Source: Azolla caroliniana
Lineage: Eukaryota > Plantae > Polypodiophyta
Direction: 5' to 3'
Length of the DNA: 64,000 nucleotides
NCBI GenBank assembly: GCA_043228905.1
Contig: JBHGNT010000008.1
Coordinates: 21,080,001 to 21,144,000, forward strand
This document shows, in pieces, positions 1 through 11,101 of this stretch. Position 1 is the stretch's first letter; each line of letters starts with the position of its first letter. The notes under the pieces are model-generated. The model worked only from the letters and a program-made list of their open reading frames with translations. It was not told the origin of the DNA and did no database searches. Position numbers and translations under genes: made by a program.

Positions 1-229
1 TTGTTTGGAACCAAATTGGTTCAACGCTAGTCTTAAGCCTCTTAGCCACTTTGTACTTATCTTTCAAATAATATATTAGTTGTTGTCATCATTTTTCTCT
101 CTCTCTCATTCTCGCTATCTCTTTCTCTCTCCTCTTCTCACTTCCTCTCTTGGGAATCTTACGCAGTCCCGTCCTCTTAGTACTAATAGTACTTCTCTTC
201 TCTAGTACTAATTCTCTCTCTGTTTAGTA

Positions 230-433
230 CTATTCCTGACAGTTTAATTTATTTATGTTCTCGACTTTGCTCGTACCATGTAGTACAGGCAACCACATGT
301 CCTTACATACCAACATGTCCCTCATTTTGGACATCCAAATGGGGTAGTTGGATCTCGTCAGTTTAATCATTATGCCTAATGATTCATCCATATTCCAAGT
401 CTTTGTGGAGGTATGAACCTCACTCTGATACCA
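230..433 (-). pseudogene. Truncated Ty1/Copia gag N-terminus with PBS (tRNA-iMet)
   Basis: Minus-strand MIKLTRSNYPIWMSKMRDMLVCKDMWLPV is a typical Copia gag start. PBS tggtatcagag lies at 423-433, 2 nt from the LTR. Confidence 0.75.
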
Positions 434-435
434 CT

Positions 436-1193
436 TGTTAGGAATATGGATCCGAATCGGGATGATTTGGACTACCAACTCAATCAAGACAAATTAAACA
501 ATAGATGAAACCACAAGACGAAAATGAGAGTACACCAAATTTTTTAACGTGGAAAACCCAAAATAGGGAAAATCCACGAGAACCGTAGGTTCCAAACAAC
601 TTCAGTATATCTTAGAGTACAACGGAATACGACCTCACTAGAGGGGTGTATCTACCTCAAGGCAATGGCCTTGGTTACAACCTTCACCCAATCAAGTGGA
701 TAGAATAACAAGGATTACAAGCTACGTACGAACTCAAGGCAATAGCCTTGGCTACAATCTTCACCAGATTGGGTGGATACAACAATGACCAAGATTATAA
801 TTCCTCACCCAACTGGGTGGATAGAAAACCAAAGAAAACTGAAACTAGAAAAACATAAAACGAAGAAACCTGAAACAAGTAGACAGGACAGGTGTTGTTC
901 AATCGTGGTTCTTCGATAGCACGAACAAACCCTCGCAATTCTCTGTATCTGTGACAGTAGTTCACTCTTCCTCTTGCTCGCTCTTTCGTTTTCTGTTTCT
1001 CTCTTTGGTTTTCTGTTCTTCCCTCAGTTTTCTGTTTTTGCTCTCTATACTCTTAGAAAATCTGATAGCACTCTGTTTTCCCCCTTCTCCTTTTTTATAT
1101 TTTTCTCCTTGTTGTCCAATGTCTACATACTTGTGTTCACACTCACACACACAAAAAGGCATACACCAAAAAACATACAAAAAAGAAAAAGGC

Positions 1194-1226
<33 letters not shown>

Positions 1227-1276
1227 ACTAATTATAACTTTTCTTATAATTTGCCTTGAGTGGACAAGCCCCAACA
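436..1276 (-). mobile_element. Copia 5' LTR (partner LTR not in window)
   Basis: TGTT...AACA ends; adjacent to the PBS. Contains the aacgtggaaaaccc motif also seen in the LTR at 34399, internal ~77-bp duplications (655-830) and a (TA)n tract. The right boundary is less certain. Confidence 0.6.
1194..1220. repeat. (TA)n microsatellite
   Basis: Read directly from the sequence. Confidence 0.95.
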
Positions 1277-1740
1277 CTGATCAACAAATGGACTCTCAAT
1301 AGCCGTTGGATGGGAAGCATGGCACAAGTTGTAAAACTTGCATGAGAGAAGAAATTGATGCACATAATGCTCTTGAATCTGCACCATGGATACAAAATAT
1401 TGATCAAGAATCTGCACCACGAAGGCAATCTGATTCCACACAACTGCCTCACACTTGACACAAATGTTAGGGCGCCGTCCGCTGCCTCCTCCTGACCGTA
1501 GAAGATGATGAAAGCATGAAAAATCTAGTGGAATGGAGCGATTATAATACAATCAGAGTCCTTACGACACTCGCGAATGAGCTGCAAAGCAGAGCGAGAC
1601 CAACAAGGACATTAAGGATGCAACTACGGAGATCCTTGAAATGGTAGCTGAATGCAAAGGAGGCCATATACAAACAAAGTCATTATCTACCCTAAAACAA
1701 ATAAGAAAACCCATGATAAATGCCCGTCTGTTGAAGGTGG

Positions 1741-1895
1741 TCGAATGATTTTAATGGCATATATAGGTCGAATGATTTTACTGACATAGATGGATCAAAT
1801 GATTTTAGTAACATAGATGGATCAAATGAATTTAATGACATAGATGGATCAAATGATTTTCTTGGCATAGATGGATTGAATGATTTTAATGACAC
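1741..1895. repeat. 27-bp minisatellite, about 6 copies
   Basis: Unit tcaaatgattttaatgacatagatgga with substitutions. Confidence 0.9.
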
Positions 1896-2520
1896 GGTTT
1901 CTTAATCAGAGCATATAAATTTGTCATGGTAACTCTCCTTTGTCCTCTACTCACACACTCTACATAATCATGGGGACACGATTCTGTCCATAACCCCATC
2001 ATTTAACACAACATTAAGCATGATCAACTTGCTAGCACAAATAGGCATGGACTCGATCAATGAAGTAGTGGTTGGGCACCAGGAGGCTTGATAACCTTTT
2101 AGAAAGGTGAGACGTTGATTGCAAATAGGCATTGAACACGATCAGCATGTCATAACGATTGGGCATCAGGACACGAATTGTATGCTCATTAGTACTTATC
2201 TGGGATCTTATATTAGGATGACCTCAAAGACATTAGATTGCTAATGGGCATTGGACACGATCGAGAACTCATCCAAAACCTTGTGGGCCTTTGGTCTCTC
2301 TCACTCTCTTGCTCTCGATATTCGTCCTATTTTTCTTCCTTTCTTGGGAAGCAAACAAATAAATATGAATCAAAGAAAACCCATTGAAAATGTATAAACG
2401 TGTAGTTGTCTCTTCCTTCCTCTTCTATATTCTTTCCTTTTCCTTTTCCTTCGGAAGCAAACAATGAAATATGAATTCAAAACTCTTTGAAAAACTTCTA
2501 TGGGTCACCTTTGCCAACCC

Positions 2521-2528
2521 TATAAATA
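2521..2528 (+). promoter_or_regulatory. TATA box of the GST gene
   Basis: ccTATAAATA about 120 nt upstream of the ATG at 2642. Confidence 0.7.
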
Positions 2529-2641
2529 CAGAATCTCTAAGTACTAGCTAGTCCTAGAATCCAGAAAAACAGAGAGAATTTTAGTCGTAGAGTCAATTAG
2601 ACAGAGAGAAGAGTGTGTGTGGTGTTTGGCTATATTTGGCT

Positions 2642-3432
2642 ATGGCCGAGAACTATGGGGAAGCTCAGAAGGTCCGATTGTTGTGCTTCTGGGCGAGCCC
2701 TTTCTCTCAGCGGGTAGACATTGCTTTGGCCCTCAAAGGAATCCAGTATGAAAAGCTCTCAGAGGACATCGCACAGAAGAGCCCCCTCTTATTGGCTTCC
2801 AACCCTGTGTACAAGAAGATACCTGTGCTCCTCCATGGTCACAGAGCCATCTGCGAGTCTTCCATCATTGTCCAATACATCGATGAAGCTTTTGATGGCC
2901 ATCAGAATCAGCTGCTCCCGGCCGATGCCTATGGCCGGGCCACTGCCCGATTCTGGGCCGACTTCGTTGACAAGAAGGTTAAACAATCTTCTTGATCATG
3001 ACAAAGAATGTTAACGAAGTATTTCTAGCTAGACAATTCTCACCATATCTGATGCTTCTTTCTTTTTGACAGATATTCGATGGATTCATTCAGATCCTAC
3101 TTTCGCAAGGTGATGCACGGAAGGCAGCGGGGGAGAACCTAATGGATTGTTTGGAAACCTTGGAAAATGCATTGGGGAAGGTATCCGAAGAATCTGGTCT
3201 ACCATTCTTCGGAGGAGAGAAGATGGGGTTTGTAGATGTAATGTTTGCTCCGTTCTTCTGTTGCTACCCTGCGATCGAAGCGGTGGGAGGGTTCAAGTTC
3301 GGCTTCGAAGAGAAGTATCCTCGCCTCCATGCTTGGCTCAAAGCTTTCGAGCAATCATCCGTCGCATCTGTTCTACCTGACCCAGAAAAGATCACTGAGT
3401 TAGCGATCAATAGGTTTAGAAAAGAGAGCTAG
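2642..3432 (+). CDS. GSTU: Tau-class glutathione S-transferase, 231 aa; exons 2642-2977 and 3073-3432
   Basis: Motifs FWASPF (catalytic Ser), LLLASNPVYKKIPVLLH, ICESSIIVQYIDE, ARFWADFVDKK and FFGGEKMGFVDV. A single phase-0 GT-AG intron after ...VDKK is the usual tau-class position. The spliced frame is intact. Confidence 0.95.
2978..3072 (+). other. 95-nt intron of the GST gene
   Basis: aag|GTtaaa ... tctttttgacAG|ata joins the two ORF pieces in frame. Confidence 0.9.
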
Positions 3433-4124
3433 CATGCCATAGCTGCTCAAATGTTTAGCTCAGAATTAGGGTTTCTGGCTTCAGCCCAAATTAAATAAAA
3501 CAGGATGTGACTTGCTTGAAGTTATTGGCAAATCCATGTGAGCATTTTCTTTGCTTTGATCTCTTAATGACCCAAAGGCTGCATGGATTTGGTCCAATGC
3601 CAAGTATGTATACTCCATTACTTTGTATTAAGAAAGTGTTTCCTTTTCTTAAAGGATATACTTCTATTAGCATTGCTTTTCAAATGGCACTTTAGTTTTT
3701 TACTCTTGGTAATTATGCATGCTTCTCATACTATGTATTGCATAATATAAATTAAAATGGTAAGGTTACATGACAAACCCAATGTTGGATGAATGGATGG
3801 AAGGGAAGAGAACATAAAACAAATGTTCATGAGTTATTGTGATTAACTTGAAATGAATTAACCAATCTTATGCATTTCCTTGGCATCATCTTCGTGTTTG
3901 ACTTGCAAGCTAAGGTTCCCTATTGTGGGAACCCTGGAGAGGACTACGTTTTTTTGCATTATCGAGATGCTTGAATAGTTATGAGGAAGGGGCTAAAGGG
4001 CAGCCTTGCCTAATAGTACCAGTGATTTGGAAGCATGTACCTTTGCTTCCTGCAATGAGCATTTGGCTTGTGGCCGTTTTGTATAGTGAATTGTAGTATC
4101 ATGCTTCCATTATCGTGCTACTGC

Positions 4125-4883
4125 ACAAGCTTCCCAGAATATAAAGACATTTTCAAATATACATCTATCTTCAAGAAATCCTGATTAGCTAGAATGGGTC
4201 AGCTTGGGCATCAGACGATTGATTCTGTTCGCCAATAGTTTAGCATAGATCTTATAAATGGTGTTTAATATGGTAATTGGTCTCCATTTTTCCAGATATG
4301 CCTGCAGCATGGAATCATCAGATTTTGGAATTAGATAGATCACTATGCCATATTTCAGCAAAACCCTTGATCAAATCCTCCTTAATAGCATCCCAAAATA
4401 TTTCATAGAATAGTTTGCCAAAATCATCTAGACTAGGCATGAGTCCCCACCGATGGATAGATAACAGGGCGTCAAATATGTCCATACACGAAGGAGGCAT
4501 ATCAATGGCTGCAACATCTACCCTATTCAACAGTGTGGACAATACCGACACAGTTGCATCTATTTTAGTTTCTAACACTTCATCATCCATCTCCACATTC
4601 AACGAAATTTTTATAACAATTTGTTGCAATGCATAATATTTCTTCAGTGTTTTCAGTTGTTTGTTTTGTCTTCACAAGTCAACATGGATATTTGGGTGCC
4701 AGTTTGCTTTCAGCATTTCCTGCAGTTTTTGTTTGGCCATGTGAAGTTGCATTCTAGCCGGTTACAGTCCACATCCTTTTCGAGAATACATCGCCTTAGT
4801 TTTTCTTCCTGAAATTTGAAGTGGTCTGAGAAGATCGAACCAGGGATTATTCCAACTCCTAGAGTATTTGAGAGAGTGAGGCA
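4125..4883 (-). mobile_element. L1-type LINE ORF2 remnant (endonuclease end and RT start)
   Basis: Minus-strand GSIFSDHF (EN SDH motif), FYEIFWDAIKEDL and KWRPITILNTIYKIYAKLLANRI...SGFLEDRCIFEN, with stops. Confidence 0.85.
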
Positions 4884-5968
4884 TGTTGGAAAATATAAGG
4901 ACAACAATATTATGAAATAAATAAATTGTAAAACAATTATGATATGAAGACTCATACATGAACAGTTACATCTGTATAATTAAACGACACATTTGTCCTA
5001 TAAAAAATGACATACATGCCTCTCTACAACTTGGTAGAGAAGAGCCACAAATTCATAAATTAAACAAGGTTTCATCTCTCTCTTTCTCTAACTCCATGTC
5101 TACATGGTATCAGAGCACAGGTTCCCTATTCTACTGTAAAAACTCAGGGAACGACCCTTAGATCAAACTCTCTACACAGAAGCAACAAATCAGAGAATAG
5201 GCTAGAATCTTATCCTCTTCTAAGATCTGCACATTCTGGTTCTGACCAAACTTTTCTTTTTTCAACCATGGCTCAGGCAACTCCTTCATCCCAAAATTTA
5301 TTGTATAGAAAAACAACAATTAGCAAATTAAACAGCACAAATTACAGAGTCTAGAGTGGCAAAATGACTCTCCTTTTCAAACAACTAAAATTATAGGTAG
5401 TAGTTGAGGGCACAGAGACGCAACCCAACATGTTAGACCCGAACTACCCTAAATGGGAAGACAAAGATCTAGTAGCAAAGCTAGAAATCATGTCAAATCT
5501 GGAGGACCAACAAGCCGACGCAATCAGAAACTGCAACAATGCAAACACCATGGGGATCAACTTAAATAATAAATTTGAACCAACTACAGACGGAAACTAG
5601 GTCATGACTCTAAACACATTAGTCATTTTAAAGATGCATGAAGATGACGATATGAACACATTCATAAACTCATGGAAACGCAAACTAGATGATTGACTCA
5701 CCTCCGGTGTAGAAATCGAATCAAAATTGCAAAGGCTCCTCCTATTAGGTGCACTACCACCATCTTGGAGCACTTTTGTGACCACCCAAAACTTCAATAC
5801 AAACACAACTCTCATTGACCTCATAAATTGCAAAAGACAAGTCTAAGAGGCCATGAAAAAGGCATGCGACCTTGAACAAACACATCAGCAATGATAAAAT
5901 AACGTGGCAAACAACCTAACCAAAACCAAACAACAAACTATAGATCCAGAACTACCCAGAAAACTCTA

Positions 5969-6700
5969 TGTTACCGATTAGGAACACGGTCTACGGTCAG
6001 TCCTTCGACCTAGACCTCCAAGTGATTGTGTCACAACGAACGGTAACGTCTGTGCGTAATACGTAGGGGAATGTTCCCCGTAACCTAGCAGCGTATAAGG
6101 GAGACGGCTACAACCGAGCTCCTTAACAGGGGCTACACACGCACCGTTGCTTACTTCTACACTCTCAAGTTTTACAAACGCACAGTAGATTAGCCATAGC
6201 TATACACGGATATCAGAGAAGATAGAATTCTATTATGATACGCTTCTTTACATTCCAAAATTACACGCTACCTCTATCAAAGATTTTCTGCCCTTTATAT
6301 ACGCAGGGTCTTCTAAGCGTTCACGCTTCCCGCGTGAACCGTTACATGCGTTACAATCTTATACTATTTCCTATTTCTGCGCTCTTGTCCGTTGGTTACT
6401 ATTATGGCGGACAACACTTGGCATGCCTGTGGGATAGTGCCATGGCACGTTGGACCCATCCCGTTAATCTTCTTCCAAACTGGCCCGGATGTTTGGCTCT
6501 ACTACGATGTCCGCGTCCGGGGACGGCGTAGGGCCCGTAGGTGCATCGTGGTGTGGTTCCCCTGTTTGGTTGGGAGGGCTTCTCCTGGTGTCGCGATCGT
6601 CCTGGGTGGGCGGTCCGGGTTCTATGGGCTCTTCTTGGGCTATGGGGTAGCCGGTGTTGCTTCCCTAGCTAGCAGACTTCACATATTTGGGCCTTCCGGC
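5969..6700 (-). mobile_element. Athila-like Gypsy 3' LTR (5969-6416) plus adjacent internal fragment
   Basis: Clearly homologous to the LTR at 19951-20400 and to the internal sequence at about 20401-20650. Confidence 0.85.
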
Positions 6701-8683
6701 CACTGAACTTCGGCAAACTAAAAACAACTTGTTTTGTCTACAGGTCTTGAAGCCTCCGGTAATTGATGTGGCCGAGCTACTTGTGCCAGAGATCGATGTC
6801 TGATTCAATCTTCTGTCCTTTGGCGAACAAAGCGGTCTCAACGTCATTGGTGTCGAGGATGAACATCCTCCCGTCTCTGTGTAATCTAGCCCTCTTCCTC
6901 GATGAAGCACCCAAGGTGCGTAAACCGCAGCTGCATCCCCTGGTCAACGATCTGACCGATTGACACCAGGTTCTTCGTGATAGTCAGAACGTGTAATACG
7001 TTCATCAGCTTCCCCCTCTGTCCGATGTGGCTCAAAGGGACTTCTTCGACATGCACGATTGGGTGAGGAGCATCGTCTTCTGTTTCGACGACTCCCGGTT
7101 GTTCCGGTTTCGTTAAGAAGGAGAACCACTCTTTGTGGCTCGTCATGTGATTCGACGCACCGGAATCAAAGTAGCACACTTCCTCCGATTTGGAAGTGGT
7201 CTTCTTCATCGAGTTAGCCTCGTGTTTCATCACCAAGGCTGGCCCTTTGCGGACTTTTCTGGTTTTGGATCCTCCCGATCCTTCTACGTAGTGCGAGTAT
7301 TGCTGGTTCTCCCAATTGGCCTTGCCGGATCTGGATCTGTCCGAATCGGCGCGCTTCTTCCAACACTTGCTTTCTTTGTGGCCTTTTTGACCACAGTACC
7401 AGCATTCCGTGTCGGCCTTTGCTTGCCGGCCTCCGGCGCTACCTTGAATCCCCCTGCTTGTGGAGGGTCCAGAACTATTGTTGGCACGTTCTTTGTGCCT
7501 TTGGTCCTGCTCTTGCCGGCTGCTACCATTGCGAGCCGACCCGCCTCCTCCACCATGCCCACGGGACCGATCCGCCTGTGTGTACAAAATCCGGATGTCG
7601 GTGGGTGCACTTGTTGACGTACTGGCATGGTTCTTCTCTACAAGGAGCATCGATTGTAAGTTGAAAAATGACGGCATATTCTCCCTCGTACAGACAGTCG
7701 TTCGGAAAGCTCCGAACTTAGACGCGAACCCACCAAGGCACACTTGCACCATCTCGTCCTCCTCGACGTTCACATTGACGGAGGCGAGTGAGTCACAAAT
7801 TTCCTTGATTCGGGTTGTGTAATCGGCCACAGACAGATTTTTCTGTTGGACATTGCTAAGCTCTTGTCTAAGCTGCAGCTTCCTGGCCGGTGTGCTTGCG
7901 GTGAAAAGCATTTTGAGATTCGCCCACGCGTCCTTTGGCATCTTAGCATCCCGAATATAGCTCAATAGTTGGTTGCTCACACAAGATGCAAAGCAGTAGA
8001 GAACTTTGCTTGCCGCTTGTTCCCAAGCCGGAAAGTCTTTGTGTGTCGAATAGGGTGCTACATCATTAGCTCCTTCGACATAGCTCTAGTAACCGGGCCC
8101 AAGCAGGTACTGGTGCATCTTGTAGGACCAAGACACATAGTTGTTTCTATCGAGCTTCTCCGTCGGAAGTGAGCTAGCCATGCCTCTATCCATCGGTTTT
8201 ACCTGTTCTTCTTGGTTAGTTTTCCTTTCAAGCTATGTCAGCTGCAGAGGTTCTCAACCCTCGCACTCTGATACCATGAAAAAGATTATGTGCAGAAGCA
8301 ATAGAAAACGAACACAAAAAACACGCAAGTTTAATGGAAAGCTTTACAATACGCAAGAGGGACAGAGAAAGAGCAGAGCGACTTAAATCTATTACAAAAA
8401 CAATAATAGTTCTCTGTACATAAAACGTGCTCAACAACACTATTTATACAAGTCCTAAGAGGACTAACAAAAGTACTGCGTACTTCAATGCTCACTCGAG
8501 CGTCTGACACTAACTACGAGACTATTAACTACCTAGTAGTGTAGGCTACTACTACGCTTCCGGTTATTGTTTGTTCCAGATCACCGACTCACTTGCTCAT
8601 CGATCCGGCTTCATCCTTCCGGATGCCGATCCAGCTCAGGCTTATTCAGCCCATCCGGATCCGGTTGAGCTTGCCGCTCAACA
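6700..8683 (-). mobile_element. 5' half of a Copia element (family Y): LTR 8277-8683, PBS 8266-8276, gag-PR
   Basis: ORF 6886-7980 has gag, the CWYCGQKGHKESKC zinc knuckle and the FDSGASNHMT protease motif. Homologous to 53848-61869. Confidence 0.85.
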
Positions 8684-10608
8684 GTTTCCACATTCATCAT
8701 CTCCCCCTGTCCTTGAAAAACTTCATTGGTTACATGTTGGTGAATATTAGAAAAGTTATTGCTAACATTTTGTAGCTTATTCTCTCTATGTTGTTCTAGC
8801 TCTAGCATATATCTACCCAATTTCGTTATATCTAGAGTATCTAATAATTTGGAGAGGGTGGGAGCGGGTTCGAGTATTTCTTGGTATTTTTCCCTTATCT
8901 CGGCGTAAGTTGGACAGTCATGGCCTCATCCGGCCATGACACACAAGCCACTACGACCATCCTCACTTGTTTGTGGTCAACACACACAGTCAGCAACTTG
9001 AGAATCCTCGCCATTCTTTAGCTCTCCATCTAGTTCACATTGCAGATTTGACCCCTTCAATTCTCGACACCCATCTGCATTTTCACACACAAAGTCAGAG
9101 TTTAATACTACCCCTACAAATCTAGAATTTCCTAACACTCCACAACCTGAACAATTGCACACTTTTGACAATGACATTACACCTCCTACACGCTTTAGAC
9201 CACTATTAGACAAACTGGAGTGTCACTTTAGCGATTTTGATACTAGTCACACATCTAACCTCGAGCTAGATAGTCCACATACTGATCTCGAAGAACCCAC
9301 AAACATCAAAGAAGCACTTCAAAGCTCCAATGCAGATCACTGGATAAATGCAATAAAAAATGAAATGCATTCCCTTACCAAAACTAAAACATGGGACCTA
9401 GTGGAAAAACCCACTGACTGCAAGATTATGACCTACAAGTGGGTGGTCTAAATAAAGCATGACCCCCCCAAGGACAACTTGTGCATTTCAAAGCTAGACT
9501 AGTTGCTCGAGGCTTCACACAAGTACCCAAAATAGACTTCACAAATACCTTCAGTCCCACACTCTAAATAAAAACTTTTAGACTACTTGTGGCCATTGTT
9601 GCTGGTCAAAAGCTTGAACTTCATCACTTGGATGTTCAAACCGTCTTCCTACATGGTCATTTTCAAGAAGAAGTCTATATGGAGCAACCTCCCTACTTCT
9701 AGAATACATAGTTTCCAACACTTGTCTGCAAACTACAGAAGTCAATTTATAGCCTACGACAATCACCTCAAGCATAATACTATCATCTCTATACTTTTTT
9801 AATTAAATGTGGATATAATAGACTTAAAAGTGAACCAAACATCTACTTTAGAAAATTGGCATCTTACTTCATCTTACTCAAATTCTCTATCTTATTTAAA
9901 TTATTGCAAACAAGAGCTAAAATCAACTTTTCCTAACAGCGATATTGGACCCACGACCAATTTTCTAGGACTAGAAGTCAAAAGAAATACAAGACTAGGA
10001 CAAATATCACTCTCACAATCTCAGTACATAATAATATTCTAAAACGTTTTTACATGGAACATTGCAAACCCATATCTACCCCACTTCCTACCACACTTAA
10101 GTTGTTCAGTGAAGATAGCCCAAAATCCACACGTGGCTACGTTTACACCTTTTATGGAGGAGTGATCACATGGAGATCTAAGAAAAAAGGTACAGTTTCA
10201 TTATCTTCAACAAAAGCAGAATATGTTGTTGCCATTCTAGCTGTAAAAGAAGGAATCTAGTTAAAAGCTATATTGGAGGAAATTAATTTTGATAAAGAAA
10301 AACCAATAGAAATTTAATGCAACAATCAATCATGTTTAAAGTTGGCAAGCAACCCAAGAATTAGTGACAACATACGCGACGTGTCACATATCTTTCGAGC
10401 ACCATTTCTTAAGAGACATGATTGAAGAAATAAAGATCAACATAAAGTTTGCGCCATTAACTTTGATGTGGGCTGATTTCTTAACAAAGGCATTATCAAG
10501 TCACGAGCACTTACAATGCTGCAAAAACATCGAACTACTTAATCACACAAATACTGAAGAAAAAGCTCGGAACTTTGATTATTTTCCTTTAGGGGGAAGT
10601 GTTGGAAA

Positions 10609-10628
10609 GGGTTTAGGGTTTAGGGTTT
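10609..10628 (+). repeat. Short interstitial plant telomeric tract (TTTAGGG)
   Basis: gggtttagggtttagggttt at the Copia/LINE junction. Confidence 0.6.
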
Positions 10629-10629
10629 T

Positions 10630-11101
10630 TCCACTAGGTTCCATGTGAGCCTTTCCTATTCCTTGAGTAGATTAGTGTATGCCATCGATGAATCGGCAAT
10701 AGTTTCCAACATATTAAAATTCCCATCTATCCTCCGCATTTGGAAGAGGGTCATGAAGGGATCTCTAGAACAATGATGTTTCATTTGGTTGATTAGATGC
10801 CTAAACGTTGACAACACCTATCATGTATGGCTTGTCGTCATATCAATTCTCTCCTCCCCCCCCCCCCCCCCCCCCCCTCATCTATGATTTGGATAGGGCA
10901 AAGTCTTCTTTTTAGTATTGCTACTCCACCTCGTATTCCAAATTTGCCAAAGGCTTCTGACCAATGGCATATCCATTCCTTATTCAACAACAAATTTATT
11001 TTATTTATTCGAGATGAAGTTAAGTTCCTACTGGAACCTTTTGCATTCTTTCATGCAGTCATTTCCTACCATTCCCTATACATTCCACATTAGCAACTTC
11101 A
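10630..11101 (-). mobile_element. LINE ORF2 endonuclease N-terminal remnant
   Basis: Minus-strand MKLLMWNV*G, RGGVAIL, GVVNV*A and DGNFNMLE are decayed WNVRG / GGVAI / NVYA / GDFN APE motifs. Contains a C22 tract at 10856-10877. Confidence 0.7.

Larger units (their letters stand above)
4884..10608 (+). mobile_element. Degenerate Ty1/Copia element inserted in the LINE; carries nested inserts at 5969-8941
   Basis: 5' LTR 4884-5104 (TG..CA), PBS tggtatcagagc 5105-5116, decayed gag from 5268, RT/RNaseH remnants 9290-10550 (EPTNIKEAL, SLSSTKAEYV, ADFLTKAL), PPT 10591-10599. The 3' LTR survives only as tgttggaaa (10600-10608). Confidence 0.75.

Noticed and set aside
1692-1895. ORF with KSFDPSM repeats
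   Set aside because: By-product of a 27-bp minisatellite; no evidence of coding function.
2280-2520. as-1/ocs element in the GST promoter
   Set aside because: No paired TGACG motifs found.
2615-2641. GTG-initiated extension of the GST and read-through to 2995
   Set aside because: The eukaryotic start is the ATG at 2642, and the sequence after 2977 is intron.
10600-10711. Apparent 112-bp LTR or MITE with tgttggaaa...tttccaaca ends
   Set aside because: The right part reads as continuous LINE endonuclease (GNFNMLE) on the minus strand, does not match the 5' LTR and has no TSD. The inverted match is probably chance.
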